Below, in pieces: positions 1 through 64,000 of a stretch of 64,000 nt of DNA; position 1 is the stretch's first letter, and the number at the start of each line of letters is the position of its first letter. The notes beneath the pieces are model-generated. The model saw nothing but the letters and a program-made list of their open reading frames with translations. It had not been told where the DNA came from and ran no database searches. A program made the position numbers and the translations under genes. The stretch is taken from positions 58,528,001 to 58,592,000 of the forward strand of contig NC_043003.1 of the NCBI RefSeq assembly GCF_006345805.1, in the 5' to 3' direction. This DNA is from Octopus sinensis (lineage: Eukaryota).

Positions 1-116
1 CTTACTACAGCGGTTCTTCAGTTTCTGTAAGCCCTGTAAAAGAACTGGGAAGATTGGATCACCAAGCAAACCTCTCGCAACACCCTCAAAGCCAGTAAAT
101 TTTCAACATCCCCTCA
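1..116. mobile_element. Right part of a mariner-derived MITE (same family as 13927-14142)
   Basis: Degenerate match to the internal part and right TIR of the 13927-14142 element. Confidence 0.5.
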
Positions 117-186
117 TAAAGTTAAAGACATCCACTGAATTCTAAGATATTTACCTTTGTTACTGATCGTCCTTTTTCTATTATAG

Positions 187-61536
<61,350 letters not shown>

Positions 61537-61540
61537 AACA

Positions 61541-61546
61541 AATAAA
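61541..61546 (+). terminator. Candidate polyadenylation signal AATAAA
   Basis: AATAAA begins 4 nt after the stop and is followed by a GT/T-rich tract at about 61568-61610. Confidence 0.4.
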
Positions 61547-63137
61547 TATTTAGAATATATATCCATATGTTTGTGTCGTTTTTTTTTTTTTTGTTTTTGT
61601 TCTTTTTCTTTAAATTTAATAATCCTTTCTACTCAAGGCACAAGGCCTGAAATTTGAGGAAAGTGGGTAAGTCGATGACATCGACCCCAGCGCATAACTA
61701 GTACTAATTCCATCGACCCCGAAAGGATGAAAGGCAAAGTCGACCTCGGCGGAATTTGAACTCAGAATGTAAAGTCGCACGAAATGCCGCTAAGCATTTT
61801 GTCCGGCGTGCTAACGATTCTGCCAGTTTGCCGCCTTCTTTAAATCTAATAATCCTTTCTATTATAGGCACAAGGATTGAAATTTGGGGGGAGGGTGCCA
61901 GTCGATTAGATCGACCCCAGTACGCAACTGGTACTTAATTTATCGACTCCGAAAAGATAAAAGGCAAAGTAGACCTCGGCGAAATTTGAACTCAGAACCT
62001 AGCGGCAGACGAAATGCTACTAAGAATTTTGGTCGCCGTGCTAACGATTCTGCCAGCTCGCCGCTTTCTTTAAATTTAATAATGAGCGCATAGATGTCTC
62101 TGTAATTAAGAAGCTTGCTTTGCAACCATGTGGTTTCAGGTTCAGTCCCACTGCACGTCAACTTGGACAAGTGTCTTCTACTATAGCTCCGAGTTGATTA
62201 ATGCCTTATGAGTGAAATTGGTAGACAGAAACTGTGTGGAAGCCTGTTGTATATGTATCTTTGTGTTTATACTTGCCACACACACACATACACATAAACA
62301 CACACTGCTTGACAACCGGTACTGGTTTGTTTACGTACCTGTAGATCAGTAGTAAACGAAAAGCATCCAGTAGTAGCGATGGAACTGCTAAATCTGGATC
62401 TCTGCATTTTTTTACTGTGCTCTTTAGCACTATACGTCTATACGAAATGTTTTCTCAAGGCTATGGAAATAAAAATAAAATGAGACCGATTGAATGAAAA
62501 ATGGTTTTAAAAAAATAAGAATTAGGGGTTGATTCGTTCGACTAAAACCCTTCAAGGCAGTGCCACCAGCATGGGCGCAGTCCAATGACCGAAATAAGTA
62601 AAATATAATATATAAAACATACTCGATTAAGTTTTGACCTGGAATCATAAGAGAAAAAGTATCAACGACGCTGAAGAGCGTAGGCTTGAAAAGTAAAAGA
62701 CTTTCTCACCTTCCCCAGCGTTAAACTAATACACCTGTTTGTTGTTTATACACCTGTCTTCGTTTTTTTTTGTTTTTCTGTAAATTTCTACATCGATGCT
62801 TGGGCCTTCGAATAAGATTCGCCCTGGGACCAAATATGTACAACAATATCACAAGACGCCCTCCACCCCCACAACAGCAAAAAGGTAGTATTTAGATTTA
62901 AGCAATAATGGAATATGAACTCAAAATGTAAAAGAATATATGTGTGTGTGTGTGTGTGTGGTGTGTGTGTGTAGGTGCAGGTGTGGCAGTGTGGTAAGAA
63001 GTTTGCTTCTCAACCACATGGTTCCGGGTTCAGTCCCACTGCGTGGCACCTTCGACAAGTGTCTTCTACTATAATTGTACCGATCAAGGCCTTGTGAGTT
63101 GTTTTGGCAGATGAAAACTGAAAGAAGCTCGTCAAGA

Positions 63138-63168
<31 letters not shown>

Positions 63169-64000
63169 GTGTGGCGGGGGCGAGGTCGTTTGTTTGTCCG
63201 CAAGCACTGCTTGACAACTGGTTTTGGCGTATTTACGTCCCCGTAATTAACAGTTCGGGAAAAGAAACAGATAGGATAATTACCAGGCTTTAAATTCTTT
63301 TTTTAAGAATAAGTACAGGGGTTCATTTGTTCAACCCAAATTCTTCAAGGCGGTGCACCAGCATGGCCGCGGTCTAATAACAAAAACAAGTAAATAATGA
63401 AAAATATATTGCAAAGCGATTAAATCAACCTGATTTAATCTCTAGTATTTACTAAAACCTTCGAAGGAGCCACTACGTTATCATTCAACCTGCAAAAAAG
63501 TTGGCCCTATGCCAAAATATCGGTTTCAAATTTTGGCACAGGGCCAGCAATTGATGAAAGGCAAAAAAAAAAATCAGCCTCAGTGGCGCAGGAGTGGCTG
63601 TGTGATAAGTAGCTTGCTTACCAACCACATGGTTCCGGCTTCAGTCCCACTGCGTGGCACCTTGGGCAAGTGTCTTCTACTGTAGCCTCGGTCCGACCAA
63701 AGCCTTGTGAGTGGATTTGGTAGACGAAACTGAAAGCAGCCCGTCGTATATATGTATATATATATATGTGTGTGTGTGTATCTGCGTTTGTCACCCCCGC
63801 CCAACATGGTCAATTTGCTCGACTAAAGGCGGTGCTCCAGCCGAAGTCAAATGACTGAAACAAGTAAAAGAGTATAATTTGAACTCATAAAGTAAAGACG
63901 TACGAAATGTCACTAAGCATTTCAGCTAACGATTCTGCCAGCTCGCTGTTTAAGTATTCCTTGAAAATATTGGTTTCAAGTTTTGGTACGAAGCCAATAA

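Overview
Eukaryotic, AT-rich, microsatellite- and SINE-saturated genomic DNA. The tRNA-derived SINE families and repeat landscape point to an octopus; this is an inference and the species cannot be fixed from the window. One protein-coding gene spans the window on the + strand: the 3' part of a TRPN1/NOMPC mechanotransduction channel. I traced 19 coding exons from 187 to 61536, all with GT-AG boundaries, which join in frame to 3507 nt (1168 aa plus stop). They encode 17 ankyrin repeats, the pre-S1 linker, the six-TM/pore region, the TRP helix and a Gly-rich tail. The N-terminal repeats and the promoter lie upstream of the window. Five of these exons (e1, e3, e6, e8, e9) and e16 are absent from the supplied ORF track, and most listed ORFs are microsatellite artefacts. 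The introns hold a 5'-truncated Tx1/L1-like LINE, RLE (R4/Dong-like), RTE and CR1-like LINE remnants, mariner/hAT/Helentron-type elements and dozens of SINEs. The strongest leads are: (1) a 6-nt candidate neural-type microexon (GATATC, 21540-21545) that would add Asp-Ile between two ankyrin repeats; (2) a sense-strand type I hammerhead-ribozyme motif with a compensatory U3-A8 core in the last intron (60928-60993); (3) a perfect 137-bp fold-back 177 nt upstream of the penultimate exon; (4) three non-LTR families each embedded in its own microsatellite motif (TCTA, TAA, TACA); (5) SINE multimers bounded by single target-site duplications. All annotation is by eye and from memory of family motifs; no searches were run. 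Repeat boundaries are approximate unless TSD or inverted-repeat coordinates are given.
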